Shown here: positions 37,080 to 50,549 of the stretch, one piece after another
Layout of the letters: every line of letters begins with the position of its first letter
How positions within the stretch are numbered: position 1 is the stretch's first letter
Origin: Mobula hypostoma
Taxonomy: Eukaryota
Reading direction: 5' to 3'
Assembly: GCF_963921235.1 (NCBI RefSeq)
Contig: NC_086097.1
Span: 158,660,001 to 158,724,000, forward strand
DNA length: 64,000 nucleotides
Translations under genes and position numbers: made by a program
Notes under the pieces: generated by a model
Database searches by the model: none
What the model was told of the DNA's origin: nothing
The model's input: the letters and a program-made list of their open reading frames with translations, nothing else

Positions 37080-37955
37080 CGGTGCCCTGAAAAAGTATTC
37101 AGTCCCCCAGTCCTTTGTTCACATAAATGAGTATTGCACCAGGGACTTCGATTAATTGCACTGAGAATTTTTATTTTTCAATCATGTGCTCTTTTTTTTC
37201 CACAGTCGAGCCAAAAACAGAAAATCATAAAGCATGGAAAATTATAAATTTAAAAACTACGATGTCAGCAGTTCTAAAGTATTCACCCCCCCCCCCAACT
37301 GCTCAGTGCTTAGTTGAACCATCTCTCACTGCGATTACAGCCAGCTGTCTTTTTTAGATGAGTCTCTATTGGCTTTACACAATGTGACGGAGTAAGATTT
37401 GCCCATTCCTCCATGCAGAATTGCTCAAGCTGTACCAGGTTAGTTGGGGTGCAACGGTGGACAGTAGTCTTGAGGTTTTGCCAGAAATGTTCAATCGGGT
37501 TAAGGTCAGGGCTCTGACTGGGTCACTCAAGGGCATTAATTTTCTTCATTTGAAGCCGCTCCATGGTTGGGTCTGGCACTGTGCTTTGAGATATTTGTCC
37601 TACTGAAAGACAAATTTCCTCCCCAGTTTAAGCTTTCTGGCGGAGGCTAATAGATTTTTATTCAGGATCTCTGTATTTAGCAGCTTTCATCTTCCCATCA
37701 ATACTGACCAGATTTCCAGTCCTTGCTACTGAAAAACATCCCCATAGCATGATGCTACCTTCACCATTCTTTACAGTAGGGGTGGTGTTACCTCGTTGAA
37801 GCACAGCATTAGATTTATGCCACGCTTACGGCTTAGTGTTGAGGAGAAAATGTTCCACTTTAGTCTCATCTGACCACAAGACCTTCTTTCACATCTTTAC
37901 AATATCGTCTAAGTGATGCTTTGCAAAATCTTTACAGGCAAGCATATGCTTTTTT
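37080..37955 (-). mobile_element. Tc1-like DNA transposon remnant (one end + DD34E transposase fragment)
   Basis: Terminus TA|CGGTGCCCTGAAAAAGTATTCA with an internal repeat AAGTATTCACCCCC near 37277. Minus-strand motifs VLWSDETKVE, PTVKNGEGSIMLWGCFS, FVFQ*DK and E*PSQSPDLNPIEH. Confidence 0.85.
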
Positions 37956-40204
37956 ACAGTGGCATGTATAGGGTAAATTCAATACTGTACATCAGCCAGG
38001 TGATACCATCCCGAACAATGCATCCCAGGCACCCACCACACTCTGTGTAATAAAAAACTTGCCTTGCACATCTTCTTTGAACTTAGCCCCTCAAACCTTA
38101 AATGCATTTTGTCTGGTGTTAAACAGATTGACACTTGTATATAGATTCCTGCTGTCTGTCCCCTAAAGAGTTTCTTTCAAATAGGCTAATCTTTCCTAAG
38201 GCAACACCTCTGTGTTAGTGAGCATTAGTGTGTTAGTGAGCATTAGTCCAGCTCTTCATTATGTGAGTGAGGATTGGTAGCTCAATGCTACAGTGAGCAA
38301 TGATCTTTAGATAGAAGTATGCCCACTTTGGGATTGTTTTTGTCTCTAAGGCCCAGTCACCTAGAGCTTAAAGAACCTTACAGGGAAAGGGCAAGAAATT
38401 CTGCAATATATTATTTTCTTTTCAAAGACCATCACCAAAAACAAATGGTCATTCAAGTGCAAAAACAAATCCATTGTACATCAAAGATTAGAGATAAAGA
38501 TTAGGTTTACATCTAAACATTGAAGTGTACATTGAAGTGTGTCGTTTCCATCAAATCAAATCAGTGTGGACTGTGCTGGGCAGTCCACAAGTATTGCCAT
38601 GCTTCTGACATTGACATAGCATGCCCACAGCTCAGTAACTCTAACCGTACGTCTTTGAAAAGCGGGAGGAAATCAGAGCACCAGGAGGAAATCCACACAG
38701 GTAGGGGGTGACCTACAGACTACTTTGAGATGGTGGCGGGAATTTTCTGATTTTATTTGAAACTTCAGAATCTTCAGTTTTCTTTTGATTTAAAGTTGAT
38801 GCCATGGCATCACAAAGTGCTGGAACTCAGCAGGTCAGGCAGCATCCATGCAAATGAACAAACAGTTGATGTGTTGGGCTGAGACCCGTCTTCAGCACTG
38901 GAAATGAAGGGGAAAGTTGCATTTTTATTTAATCTGATGAATCCAATTAAATCAAGGTCGCATTGAAGTTCCTCAATACCCCATAAAGATCAGAATGCTT
39001 CAATCATTTGTACAGGAAGTAAATAATAAGCAGAAAATATTGATCAATATTTTGCTAAGAAATGTGTTTTCAGACAACAGAAAGTGGCTAAATTGTACAT
39101 CATTTTGCATTCTGTCGGAATGGAATGCTTAAGATTTGCAACAAAACTGAGACGGTTCTTTGCATTATTTTCAATAATTAGCAGTAGTTTGGGAAAATGT
39201 AGCAGTATCCTTGCAGGCTGGAATAATATGTTTGGGATGGAAATGTGAATCTTGGACTGGAATTTAAGGAAATGTGCCTTTGGTTAATTTCTATTAATTA
39301 TTATCATTAATGATTTTTCTACCAATACATTAAAGTGTGCTGTCCAGTCTAACACTGACAAAATTTACTGCCTGATTGATTACTTTATGATGCTTCAAAT
39401 GTAGAAATCAGTCTTTCACATATCTTTCTCATCCATCATTTATTGCACATACTTTAGTATCGTAATGCTTGACAAAATGACTTGTCAAATTTTTTGAATA
39501 ATAAAGTCTCATTCATTTGCTCCACAAGATTAGATAGTCATTTTCTGCAGTGAATGGTTAAGTTCATTTTACCATAACAACCAAAATATCTCTGTAATGA
39601 TTACTTAACTTATCATAGATACCATAAGGTCCATTATGCACATCTTCATAATAAAAAGATGCAGGTTGCCATACTAACCTCCCAAACTAGTCATAGTACT
39701 TACCTTTCAGAAACAGATAAAAAAATGACTAAATATAGGCAACGTTTTTGAAAAATTCTACTAGAACTCCCCTAACCAGTCATCTTTAACTATGCTTCCC
39801 TGCGATACATCAAATGAGTAAGATGAGGAAAAATAAGCAAATGACATTGTCTCCTTCTGTATCCTATAACTATATTTAGCATTATTTCCAAAAGTGTCCC
39901 AAAGGTCATTATGAAGAAAAGGTCATGCAGGGCTAGCAAAGAGCATTTTCATCTTTTATGTGAGTCTAAAAGGTTACAAACATGCTGCTTGGCTTCATTT
40001 CCTACTGCCAACAAGAACCACATTTGTCAAAAAATTATTTATTTTTTCTTCATTATTTTCATTACTTCTTTGACATGCATCTCCTCCCTCAATAGCTCTT
40101 ATACTCGTTACTTTATGCTGAAGAGATTATATCATAAATGTTTGTTCACTTTTGTCTTAATTATGCTTAGATCCATATTCTACTATGTATTCTATTTTTT
40201 TACT

Positions 40205-40750
40205 TCAGAATCAGAATCGGGTTTAATATCACTGGCATATGTTGTGAAATTTATTGTTATGTGGCAGCAGTACATCGCAATACATAATAGTAAATAACTA
40301 AATTACAGTAATATATTGTAGTGATGCACTGTTCATGGGTTCAATGTCCACTTAGAAATCTGATGGCAGAGGAGAAGATGCAATTCCTGAATTGTTGAGT
40401 GTGTGCCTTCAGGCTCCTGTACCTCCTCCCTGATGGCAGCAGGGAGCAGACAGAATATCCTAGGTGACAAGTGTCCTTAATGATGGATGCTGCCTTTTTA
40501 AAGCATTGCTCCTTGGAGATTTCCTGGATGCTTCTGCGTCTAGTCTCCATGATGGAGCTGACTGAGTTTACAATTTCCTGTATCTTATTTCGATCCTGTG
40601 CAGTCAGATGCGGATACAGCTAATACCATTGGTCCCCATGGTACATCTGTAGAAATTTGTGAGGGTATTTGGTGACATATCAAATCTCCTCAAACCCCTA
40701 ATGAATATAGCCACTGACTTTGTAACTGCATCGATATGTTGCGCCCAGGG
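40205..40750 (-). mobile_element. Rex1/Babar-type 3' fragment
   Basis: cagaatcagaatc tail; reads KAASIIKD...LLPSGRRYRSLKAHTQQFRN. Confidence 0.7.
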
Positions 40751-42259
40751 TATCAAATATTCTCCTCCGTTGCCAAGTATGCAGTTGATTTGCTAACTTG
40801 TACTCCTTCCAGTATCTTTGCCATATATTGTGGTACTCGAGATGAGTCCCTTTCACAAACTAACACTTACATTGTGAACGTTATTCTTAGCCCTTTAGTT
40901 TATATGTATCCAGCTGTCCAGCTTCCCTTTGTGGTGGTATTTTAAGAATAATTTCATCTGAGTTTTCTTAAAACCTTCTTTGATAATGCATCCAGTAGAT
41001 GATTCTCCTTGATGATGTACAGTTATAAATTGTTTTGCAATTTCCTTAAATCTTCATGTCTCTATATAAAACTTATGTTCCCTTTCTGGCCCACTCTCTC
41101 AAACTACTCTGTTGCATTTCACGACAGATTGTCCATCCAGTATATTGTCCTGCTCCAGTATATATTAAAGAAATAGCTGTCCTGTCTTCTAGTTGACACA
41201 TTTCCTCCTTTAATAATTACCCTTTATGTATTCTTGCTCGACATGTTTGTAATCATTTAATCCTACTTACAGCATGCACATTTTTTATATTGGTTTCCTG
41301 TTTATTCAGTTTTACTAAAACTGAGCTTTATTATTTCTTTTTAGTTCCTTGCATATTCCAACCATATTATATTCTAAAATGACTCATCCTGGCTTTACCT
41401 GGCACAATCTATCACCTAGAAATCCATGTCAAATAATCTTTTTGGTCGTTTTCCATATGTAGTGAGCCAACAATAGTTCTGATTCGTTACAAACTTGCCA
41501 CTATTATTGTCATGTTCACATGTCAATAATTATTAGACTGTTTATTATATTCTCTCCCACATCCTTTACCTCCATATCAACTGATGTTCAATAAATCCTT
41601 TAAAATATCTGTGGGTCAAAATTAGAGTCAGGCTTATTATCACTGACGTATGTCGTGAAGTCTGTTGCTTTTGCGATAGCAGTACAGTGCAAGACATAAA
41701 CTTAGCATGTTACAAAAATAAATGAATAATGCAAAGACAAATAATGAAGTAGTGTTCATAGTTACATTCCATCAGTTTTTTTTACACAAGTGAGTTTATT
41801 TAATTTCTAATTGTACAGAAGGTCAGTGGTTTTGAATCATTTGTAAACACTGATACCAAGAAGTCATTAAGGACTTACTTTATTCTTTGATCATTTGTTA
41901 CCTGGTCCTCCACCTTTCACTATTTCCTTTGTCTATTATTTCCCTCGGATGTATTTAACATTTTTACCTTAAAAGATTAAGAAGGCTACAATTTTTTAAA
42001 AGGTTATGGGAGTTCTCAAGAAATGTATTTGCCTTTAACTTCCACACACAGACATCCCTATCTTGCAGTACATTTGCATTTTAATGTAAGACTCCAGCTT
42101 GCTTTATCTCCACCTTACTTTACCTGTTGCCCACATTAATTTCCTGTTTTCTCTGATTCACTTATTACTCAGTGGAATTAAGTGATCTGTTAGCCCCTTA
42201 ATTTAGTCTCTGTGCATGGGATATGCAAATCGTGACTCTTAGCAGTAGAATTTTCTGAG

Positions 42260-42708
42260 ACTGGCAGGTAATGCAAAATTTCTACAGGTGTACGGTGGAG
42301 GATATTCTGACTGGCTGTATCACAGATTGGTGTGGAGGCTCCAATGCACAGGATGATAAGAGGCTGCAGAGGGTTCAGTCTTCAAGATTAGCCTTCTAGA
42401 AGGTAGAGTCCATCGCTAAGAATCCTCACAATCCAGGGCACGCCCACTTCTCGTTACAACCATTGGGGAAAAGATACTGAGCCTGAAGACCTGCACACAA
42501 TGATCCAGAAGCAGCTTCTTCCCCTCTACCATCAAATTACTGAACTGCTTGTGAGCACACACGCACTAACGCGTTATTTCTTTGTTTTTGCAATATTGAT
42601 TTATTTTTTGTATTTTATTGGAATTTTTATGTCTTTACACTGTATTGCTGGCGCAAAACAACAAATTTCATGTCATATAAATCAATGATAAAACTGATTC
42701 TGATTCTG
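42260..42708 (+). mobile_element. Rex1/Babar-type 3' fragment
   Basis: ttctacaggtgtacggtggaggatattctgactggctgtatcac...; the tail is aaactgattctgattctg. Confidence 0.65.
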
Positions 42709-45383
42709 CTTAATGATAAGAGACCAGCTGAGCTTTCTATGCCGGACCCAACATTTTTCCCAATGTCCGTAATGGGATTAACTATCAGGTGCTGTGTTTA
42801 ATGGATAATGAATAGATTCTGTTGTTTCATGTCACTTCACAAGATAAATCTCTATCCCGTAATTTCTACATTTTGAAAGCAAAAGGTATTTCTATACAAT
42901 ATTATTTTCTTCACTGAAATCCTTATTCATCCTACATCATTTTGGATCTTAGCAAGAACGGCATTTATGGAAGGCAATAAACAGTCAACCCTACATCAGA
43001 GCTTGTGATGTGCCTTGGCCTGAACCGTCAACTGTTTATTCTCCTGCACAGACGCTGCCCAACTTACTGAGTTCCTTCAGCATTTTGAGTGTGTTGATCT
43101 AGATTTTCTGCATCTGTAGAATCTCTTGTGTTGAGCATTTTGATCTTACTGTCATTCATCCATTTCATCATTGTGAACACGTGAGTTATTTCTTGTTGGC
43201 ATGAAATTGGATTATTATTGTCACATACCAAAATACAATAAGAAGCTTTGGCTGCATGGTTACATACCATCCATACAGATCATTCCATGCAACTACTTTG
43301 AAGGAGTACAAAAGGAAAACAATTTTGCAGTTACAGGAACAGTGCAGTGCAGGATGACAAATAAAGTGTAAGAGTTATGACGAGGTAGATCGAACGTTCA
43401 TTGTTATTGGATTAGGAGTCCATCAAGAGTCTTGTAACAACAAGACAGAAGCTATTCCTGAGCTTGGTAATACATGTTCTGGAGCTTTTGTACTTCCTGC
43501 CAGCTTAGAGGAGAAGAAAAGAGAATGACCAGGATGGGAGGGGTCCTTGATTTTGTTGGCTACTTTCACGAGGAGGCAGAAGCTGTAGACAGAGCCAATG
43601 GAAGGGAGACTTACTTTTGTGATGGTCTGAGCTGCATTTATTACTCTCAGCCTGTCTATGATGAAAACTGGTGCTGTTAAGCACCAAAATAGGCTCTTCA
43701 GGCCAACTTATCCATTCCAACCCAAATGTTTATTTATGATTACCCCCTTTGCTTACATTTGACCCATATCCCTCTACTCTTTCTCTATCCCTGTCAAAAT
43801 GCCCATTAAGCATTGTAGTTGTATTTGCCTCTAACACATCCTGTGGCAGCTCACCCATGTAACCACCACCTTCTGTCTGATAAACTTGCCCCTCATGTCT
43901 CCTTTAAATTCCTCTCTTCTCATCTTAAGCATATGTCATAGCCTAGGAAAATTATTCTCTCTATCCTACTGATGCTCATCATGATTTTACAAAGCTCTAT
44001 AAGGTCACCCCTCAGCTTCCTATATTCTAGTGAGAATAACCCCAGCCTATCCAACCTCTCCACTGCGTACCATTCCTTCAGATTATTATCACCTCTGAGA
44101 CTATAAGACATCCAACAGCCCAAAAGCAATAGTAAATCACTTTGAGTTTCCAACGTGGTCTTCCCAATTAATGTGAGGCAAATTGAAATTCCTGTTGTGA
44201 TTGTACTAGTTCTCTTGCATGTCTCACTGATTAAAAGAAACTTGGCCTCTGGAGATTTGAATCTCACTTGGTGACGTAAAACTCAATCCTGCAATGCTTT
44301 TGTGCACAGGTTTCTGGACCACCTGCACCTAGCTCAGTTATCAATAGTAAAATACACAGCCATTGAACATGCCACCCTTTTACCTCTTCCAGTGTTTAGG
44401 AATTAATATTCAATAATATTCATTTCTACATTTTCAGTTTATAATCGTTAGAGTGATAAAATTGTTTGGAAAATCAGTATCATCTGGAAAACGTCTGTAA
44501 TGGAGGTCAACAGGTTATACTTCTCAAAGGAACATTGGATACACACTCGAAGGAAAATACTTGGTTGGGCAAAGATGAAGGACTGGGTTGAAAGATTGCT
44601 CTGCTGAATGCTGGGTAGATTTAATGGGTTAAAAGTGTGGCTACAATTCCATGATACTATGGATGGAGGGTGTAATTGGGGGAGGGAAGGATTGTTGCTT
44701 TGCTGCTGTTTGTGTGTGGGAGTGGGAATAGGGGTTCTAATGTTTTTTACTGTCACTCATGCTTTGGGGCAGTCTTCTGTTTTCATGGATATTTGCAAAG
44801 AACAAGAATTTCAGGTTCTTGTGTACCTTCTTTGATATTAAATGGAATTATTGAACTTTTGAATGTGACCTATTTTCATTCTGATATCTTTCCCCCTTCC
44901 TTTCCAGTTCTGAAGAAGGGTCTCGAACTAAAACATCTACAGTTTATTTATTTCCATAGATGCTGCCTGGCCTATTGAGTTCTTCTAGCATTTTGTGTGT
45001 CTTGCTTTGGAATTCCAGCAGCTGCAGAATTTCTCATGTTTAAGTTTTAAATAAAGTTCCTGTCAACTGAAGATTGCTGCTCCTTCTAGTTTCCTTGGGA
45101 TTGATTACTGCCTAAACAGCTAGGTAGTCATTTATTTCTGAACCTGGACAGGCTCACTGTGGAGAGCATCATAGTTGATCCTCGTTTATTTGTTATCTGT
45201 AGTCTCAACATTAATATGTAGGTGAAATTGAAGTATAGACTTTTCATGGTCACAATATGAAACTTCATCTTAGATATTTAAGAGGCAATTTTGTTCTTAA
45301 CGTGCATGTTTATTCTCAGGATTTATGTGACATGATGCATCTGTCATAAACCTGCATCAAGTGATTTCTTTTTGCTTTCACAG

Positions 45384-45437
45384 AAAGTTGCTGAAAAGTC
45401 CAGAGCACTGTTTCCTGCAACATTGAAGAACAGACAG
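45384..45437 (+). CDS. TSNARE1: TSNARE1-like internal coding exon C (54 nt, phase 0/0)
   Basis: Acceptor tttctttttgctttcacag ends at 45383; the donor is CAG|GTGAGT. Translates KVAEKSRALFPATLKNRQ (cf. TSNARE1 KIAEKSRALLPMAQRGSKQ) and is in frame with exon B. Confidence 0.9.
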
Positions 45438-45692
45438 GTGAGTGACAGTCTTTGCAATCTTGAATCTGGCTATCCATATTCTCACATACAATGTCTGCTC
45501 ACATCATAAGCTCACATAAGCTCAAAGATGTATTTTCAGCTCGCATCTTAAACTGTATCCTTAAGTCAAGTTGCTCTGTTCCTTGGCTGCTTCTCATTTC
45601 TTGAAAGTGAATCCATTAAGATCAGAAAGATGATCCTGGAGAGGGATCAGTTCGCTGTTGACCAGTGTGATATCCTGTAATGTGAAGGGAAT

Positions 45693-46368
45693 TTTAGATT
45701 AGATTATGAGGACACTCAGTCCTTGTTTACTGTCATTTAGAAATGTATGCATTAAAAAATGATACAATGTTCCTCCAGAAAGATATCACTGAAACACAGG
45801 ACAAACCAAGACTAAAACTGAGAAAACCACATAATTATAACATATAGTTACAACAGTGCAAAGCAATACCTTAATTTGATAAAGAACAGACCATGGGCAT
45901 GGTAAAAAAAAGTCTCAAAATCCCAGTAGACTCATCATCCCACGCAGGCGGCAGAAGGGAGGAACTCTCCCTGCCATGAACCTCCAAGTGCTGCCAACTT
46001 GCCTATGCAGCACCATTGGAAGCACCCAACCGCAGCGGACTCTGAGTCCGTCCAAAAACTTTGAGCCTCCAGCCCCTCCGATACAGCCTCTCCGAGCACC
46101 ATCTCTGCCAAGTGCTTTGACCCCTCCCCGGCCACTGAGCAACAGACAAAGCCAAAGACTTGGGGTCTTCCCCTCCGGAGATTCTGGGCCACATAATAGC
46201 AGCGGTAGCGAAACAGGCATTTCAGAAGTTTCACCAGATGTTCCTCCGTGCTCTCACATCTGTCTCCATCAAATCAGGATTGTGCACGGCACCCTACTTA
46301 TCAGATAACAGATATCATTCACCGGAGTGGCCGCTGCAAGCTGCGTCGCGCCGCCATCTTCTCCTCCC
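45693..46368 (-). mobile_element. ~640-bp retroposon copy 5
   Basis: ttagattagattatgaggacactcagtcct at the left end and gccgccatcttctcctccc at the right end. Confidence 0.85.
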
Positions 46369-47717
46369 ATGTAATTGCTCATTATGTAAGGCTATTTCTG
46401 TGATGTTGTTCTTATTGGTCAGCTTTAGAATAGTAAAGCCAATATAGCCCTCTCTCCCTTCACAAAAGTATTCTTTGCTACCCTCCAAAGTCAAAGGGGA
46501 TCTATGAAAGGAAAATCATCTTTGACTCTGGTACTGGATTTCTTCAAGGATGAGAGCATCTCATGTTCTCGATATTTATTGCATATTTTTTTCTTTGTGT
46601 AATTGCAAGTTTGTTGTCTTTTACATTATGGTGGAAGATGGTGAGGTCTTTCATTGATTCTATCAGGGTTAGTATTCTATTATGAATTTATTGAGGATGC
46701 CTGCAAGAAAATGAATCTCAGGGTTGTATATGGTGACATATATGTACTTTGATAATAATTTTACTTTGAACTAAAATGAAACCAATGAATATTATCTGGA
46801 GTTTCAGTAGATTTAAAATGCAATTCCACACAGGAAGTTGGTCATGGAATTACAGGTAAAATGTTATTTTAGATTGAGAAAGCAACAAGTGGAAGTAAAT
46901 AAATCATTCAAAAGCTATGACAAGTAAGAAACTAAGGATCAGTGGTTGTGCGTTGTAATATCATAAGAAAAGTGGATGATAGTGCTGAAAATGAGGTCAC
47001 CTAGTACAGTCAGCAGGATGAGTTACAATGTGAAAGGCGGACAAAATCGATAACGGCAGATACAGGACTGAAGGTGTATCTGAATGTGCACAGTATATAG
47101 AATAAGGTAGATGAATTTACAGTATATATGCAGAATAGCAGGTATGATACTGTAGGCATCACTGAATCATGGCTGGAAGATTATACTGGGGTCTTAAGGT
47201 CCAAGGATACACATTGTATTGAAAGGATAGGTGGGGAGGGGTGGGGGGTGTTGCTCTGTTGGTAAAAAATTTAATCAAATCATTAGAAGTGACATAGAGT
47301 TGGAAGGTGTTGAATCATTGTGAATAGAGCAAAGGAACTTCAGGGGTAAAAAGGAACCTGATGGGAATTATATATAGACCCCAAACAGTAGTAAGGATGT
47401 GGCCTACAAGTTACAATGGGAGATAGAAAATGCATGTCAGAAGGGCATTGTTACAACAGTCATGGGGGGATTTCAATATGCAGGTAGATTGGGAAAATCA
47501 GGCTGGTGCTGGATTACAGGAGGGACAATTTCTAGAGTGCCTACAAGATGATTTTTTAGACCATCTCATGGTTGAACCCACTAGAAGATCAGCTATTCTG
47601 GACTGGATTTCGTGCAATGAACCAGAATTGATTAGAGAGCTTAAGGCAAAAGAACCCTTAGGGGCAAATGATCATAATATGATCGAATTAATGCTGAAAT
47701 TTGGGGGGAGGCTAAAG

Positions 47718-48233
47718 TAGGGTTGCCAACTTTCCCACTCCCAAATAAGGGACAAAAGTAGCAGTCAAATACAGGACACTTGTGTTTACCCCAAGAAAGA
47801 CTACCATGACCATGAAGCCTTGCACGGGCACCTGTGTGCGCATGCGTGTACGTGCCGATCTTTTTTCTACAAATCGGCTTTGGTGATTCTGTTCAGTGAA
47901 AGTACACTGTACATGCATTATTTCTACTTTATATAGGCTGTGTATTTATCATATCATTCCTGCTTTTACTATGTGTTGCTGTTATTTTGGGATTTATGTC
48001 TTATTTGGTATGATTTGGTAAGTTATATTTTGGGTCTGGGAACGCTCACAAATTTTTCCTATATAAATTAATGGTAATTGCTTCTTCGCTTTACGCCGTT
48101 TCAGCATGAAAGGTTTCATAGGAATGCTCTGCATTAGCGGGGGAAATAGGGGACAAGGGTGGTCCTGTATGTCAAACCAATTTAGCCCAATATACGGGAT
48201 GTCCCGGCTAATACAGGACAGTTGGCAACCCTA
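47718..48233. mobile_element. hAT-superfamily MITE (Blackjack-like termini), 516 bp
   Basis: 14-bp TIRs TAGGGTTGCCAACT / AGTTGGCAACCCTA with a perfect 8-bp TSD GGCTAAAG (47710-47717, 48234-48241). Confidence 0.92.
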
Positions 48234-49819
48234 GGCTAAAGGCAGATGTATCAGTATTACAGTGGAGTAAAGGGAGTTACTGAGGCATGAGAGAGGAGTT
48301 GGCCAGAATTGATTGGAAAAGAATGCTGGCAGGGATGGTGGCAGTGTAGCGATGGAACACAAAAGTAAGCTAGCCAATAGTATTAAAGAGGATACCAAAA
48401 GTTTCTTCAGATAAATGAAGTGAAAATGAGAAGCGGGAGTGGGTATTGGACTGCTGGAAAACGATGCTGGAGAGATAATAATGGAGGACAACGAAATGGC
48501 GGATGAACTGAATAAGTATTTTGCATCATTCTTCACTGTGGAAGACACTAGCAGTATGGTGGATGTACCTGGTCTCAGGGGGCATGAAATGTGGGAAATT
48601 GCCATAACTAGGGATAAAGGTCTGAAGGTAGATAAGTCACCTGGACCAGATGGTGTATGCCCTGGGAGGTAGTTGAAGGGATCGTGGAAGGATTAGTAAT
48701 GATCTTTCAAGAATCACTAGTTTCTGGAATGATTCCAGAAGACTGAAAAATTGCAAATCTCACTCCATTCTTCAAGAAGGGAGAGAGGCAGAAGAATGGA
48801 AACTATAGGCCGGTTAGTTTGACTTCAGTGGTTGGGAAGATGTTGAAGTTGATTATTAAGGATGAGATTTCAGGGTACTTGGAGACGCCTGATAAAATAA
48901 GCCATAGTCAGCATGGTTTCCACAAGGGAAAATGTTGCCTGACAAATCTGTTGGAATCCTTTGAAGAAATAGCAAGTAGAATAGACAAAGGAGAATCGGT
49001 TGATGTTGTGTACTTGGATTTTCAGAAGGCCTTTGTCATGGTGCCACACAAGAGGCTGTTTAACAAGCTATGAGCCTATGGTTTAGCAAGATAGATTGTA
49101 GTATAGATAAAGCAGAGGCTGATTGGTAGAAGGCAAAGAGTGGGAATAAAGGGAGCCTTTTCTGGCTGGCTACTAGTGACTAATGTCCTGCAGGGGTTTG
49201 TGTTAGGACCTATTGTCATATGTCAGATAGATTTGGATGATGAAATTGATGGTTTTGTTGCAAAGTTTGCAGACAATATGAAGATAGGTGGAGGGGCAGG
49301 TAGTTTTGAGGAAGTAGTGAGGCTACAGAAGGACTTAGACTGATTAAGAGAATGGGCAAAGAAATAGCAGATGGAAAACAGTGTTAAAAAGTGTATGATC
49401 ATGCACTTTTGTAGAAGAAATGAAAGGGTTGACTATTTTCTAAATGGAAAGAAATTACAAAAAACTGAGGTGCAGAAGGATTTGGGAGTCCTTGTGCAGG
49501 ATTCCCTAAAGGTTAATTTGCAGGTTGATTCTGTGGTAAAGAAGGCAAATACAATGTTAGCATTTATTTAAGGAGGACTAGAATATTTAAGCAAGGATGT
49601 AATGTTGAGACTTTATAAGTCACTAGTGAAACCTCATTTGGAGTTTTGTGATCAGGTTTGGGCCCCTTACTTTAGAGAGGATGCTGAAACTGGAGAGGGT
49701 TCAAAGCAGGTTCACAAAAATGATCTCAAGATTGAATGGCTTGTAATATGATGAGTCTTTGATGGCTCTGGGCCTGTATTCACAGAATTCAGAAGAATGA
49801 GGGATGACCTCATTGAAAC

Positions 49820-50549
49820 TGAAACTCTTGGCAGTGTGGAGGATCAGAGGGATCTTGGGGTCTGAGTCCATGGGACACTCAAAGCTGCTGCGCAGGTTGA
49901 CTCTGTGATTTAAGAAAGCATGCGGTGCATTGGCCTTCATTAATTGTGGTATTGAGTTTAGGAGTTGAGAGGTAATGTTGCAGCTATATAGGACCCTGGT
50001 CAGACCCCACTTGGAGTACTGTGCTCAGTTCTGGTCGCCTCACTATAAGAAGGATGTGGAAACCATAGAAAGGGTGCAGAGGAGATTTACAAGGATGTTG
50101 CCAGGATTGAGGAGTATGCCTTATGAAAATAGGATGAGTGAACTCGGCCTTTTTTCCTTGGAGCAACGGAGGATGAGAGGTGACCTGATAGAGGTGTATA
50201 AGATGGTGGGAGGCATTGATAGTGTAGATAGCCGGAGGCTTTTTCCCCAAGGTTGGAACGGCTAGTACAAGAGGGCATAGTTTTAAGGTGCTTTGGAAAT
50301 AGGTACAGAGGAGATGTCAGGGGTAAGTTTTTTTATGCAGAGTGTGGTGAGTGCATGGAATGGGCTGCTGGTGAGGGTGGTGGAGGCGGATACGATAGGG
50401 TCTTTTAAGAGACTCCTGGATGGGTATGTGGAGCTCAGAAAAATAAGGGGCTATGGGTAACCCTAGGTAATTTCTATGGTAAGGACATGTTCAGCACAGC
50501 TTTGTGGACTGAGAGGCCTGTATTGTGCTGTAGGTTTTCTGTGTTTCTA
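49820..50549 (+). mobile_element. 5'-truncated CR1 nested in the older CR1
   Basis: Reads LQLYRTLVRPHLEYCAQFWSPHY; the tail is ttctgtgtttctat; TGAAAC duplication at 49814-49819 and 50550-50555. Confidence 0.85.

Noticed and set aside
38211..38246. 18-bp tandem duplication TGTGTTAGTGAGCATTAG x2
   Set aside because: An ordinary local slippage duplication with no further structure.
40950..41600. Possible very old minus-strand RT remnant
   Set aside because: Only vague motif echoes; not supportable without a profile search.
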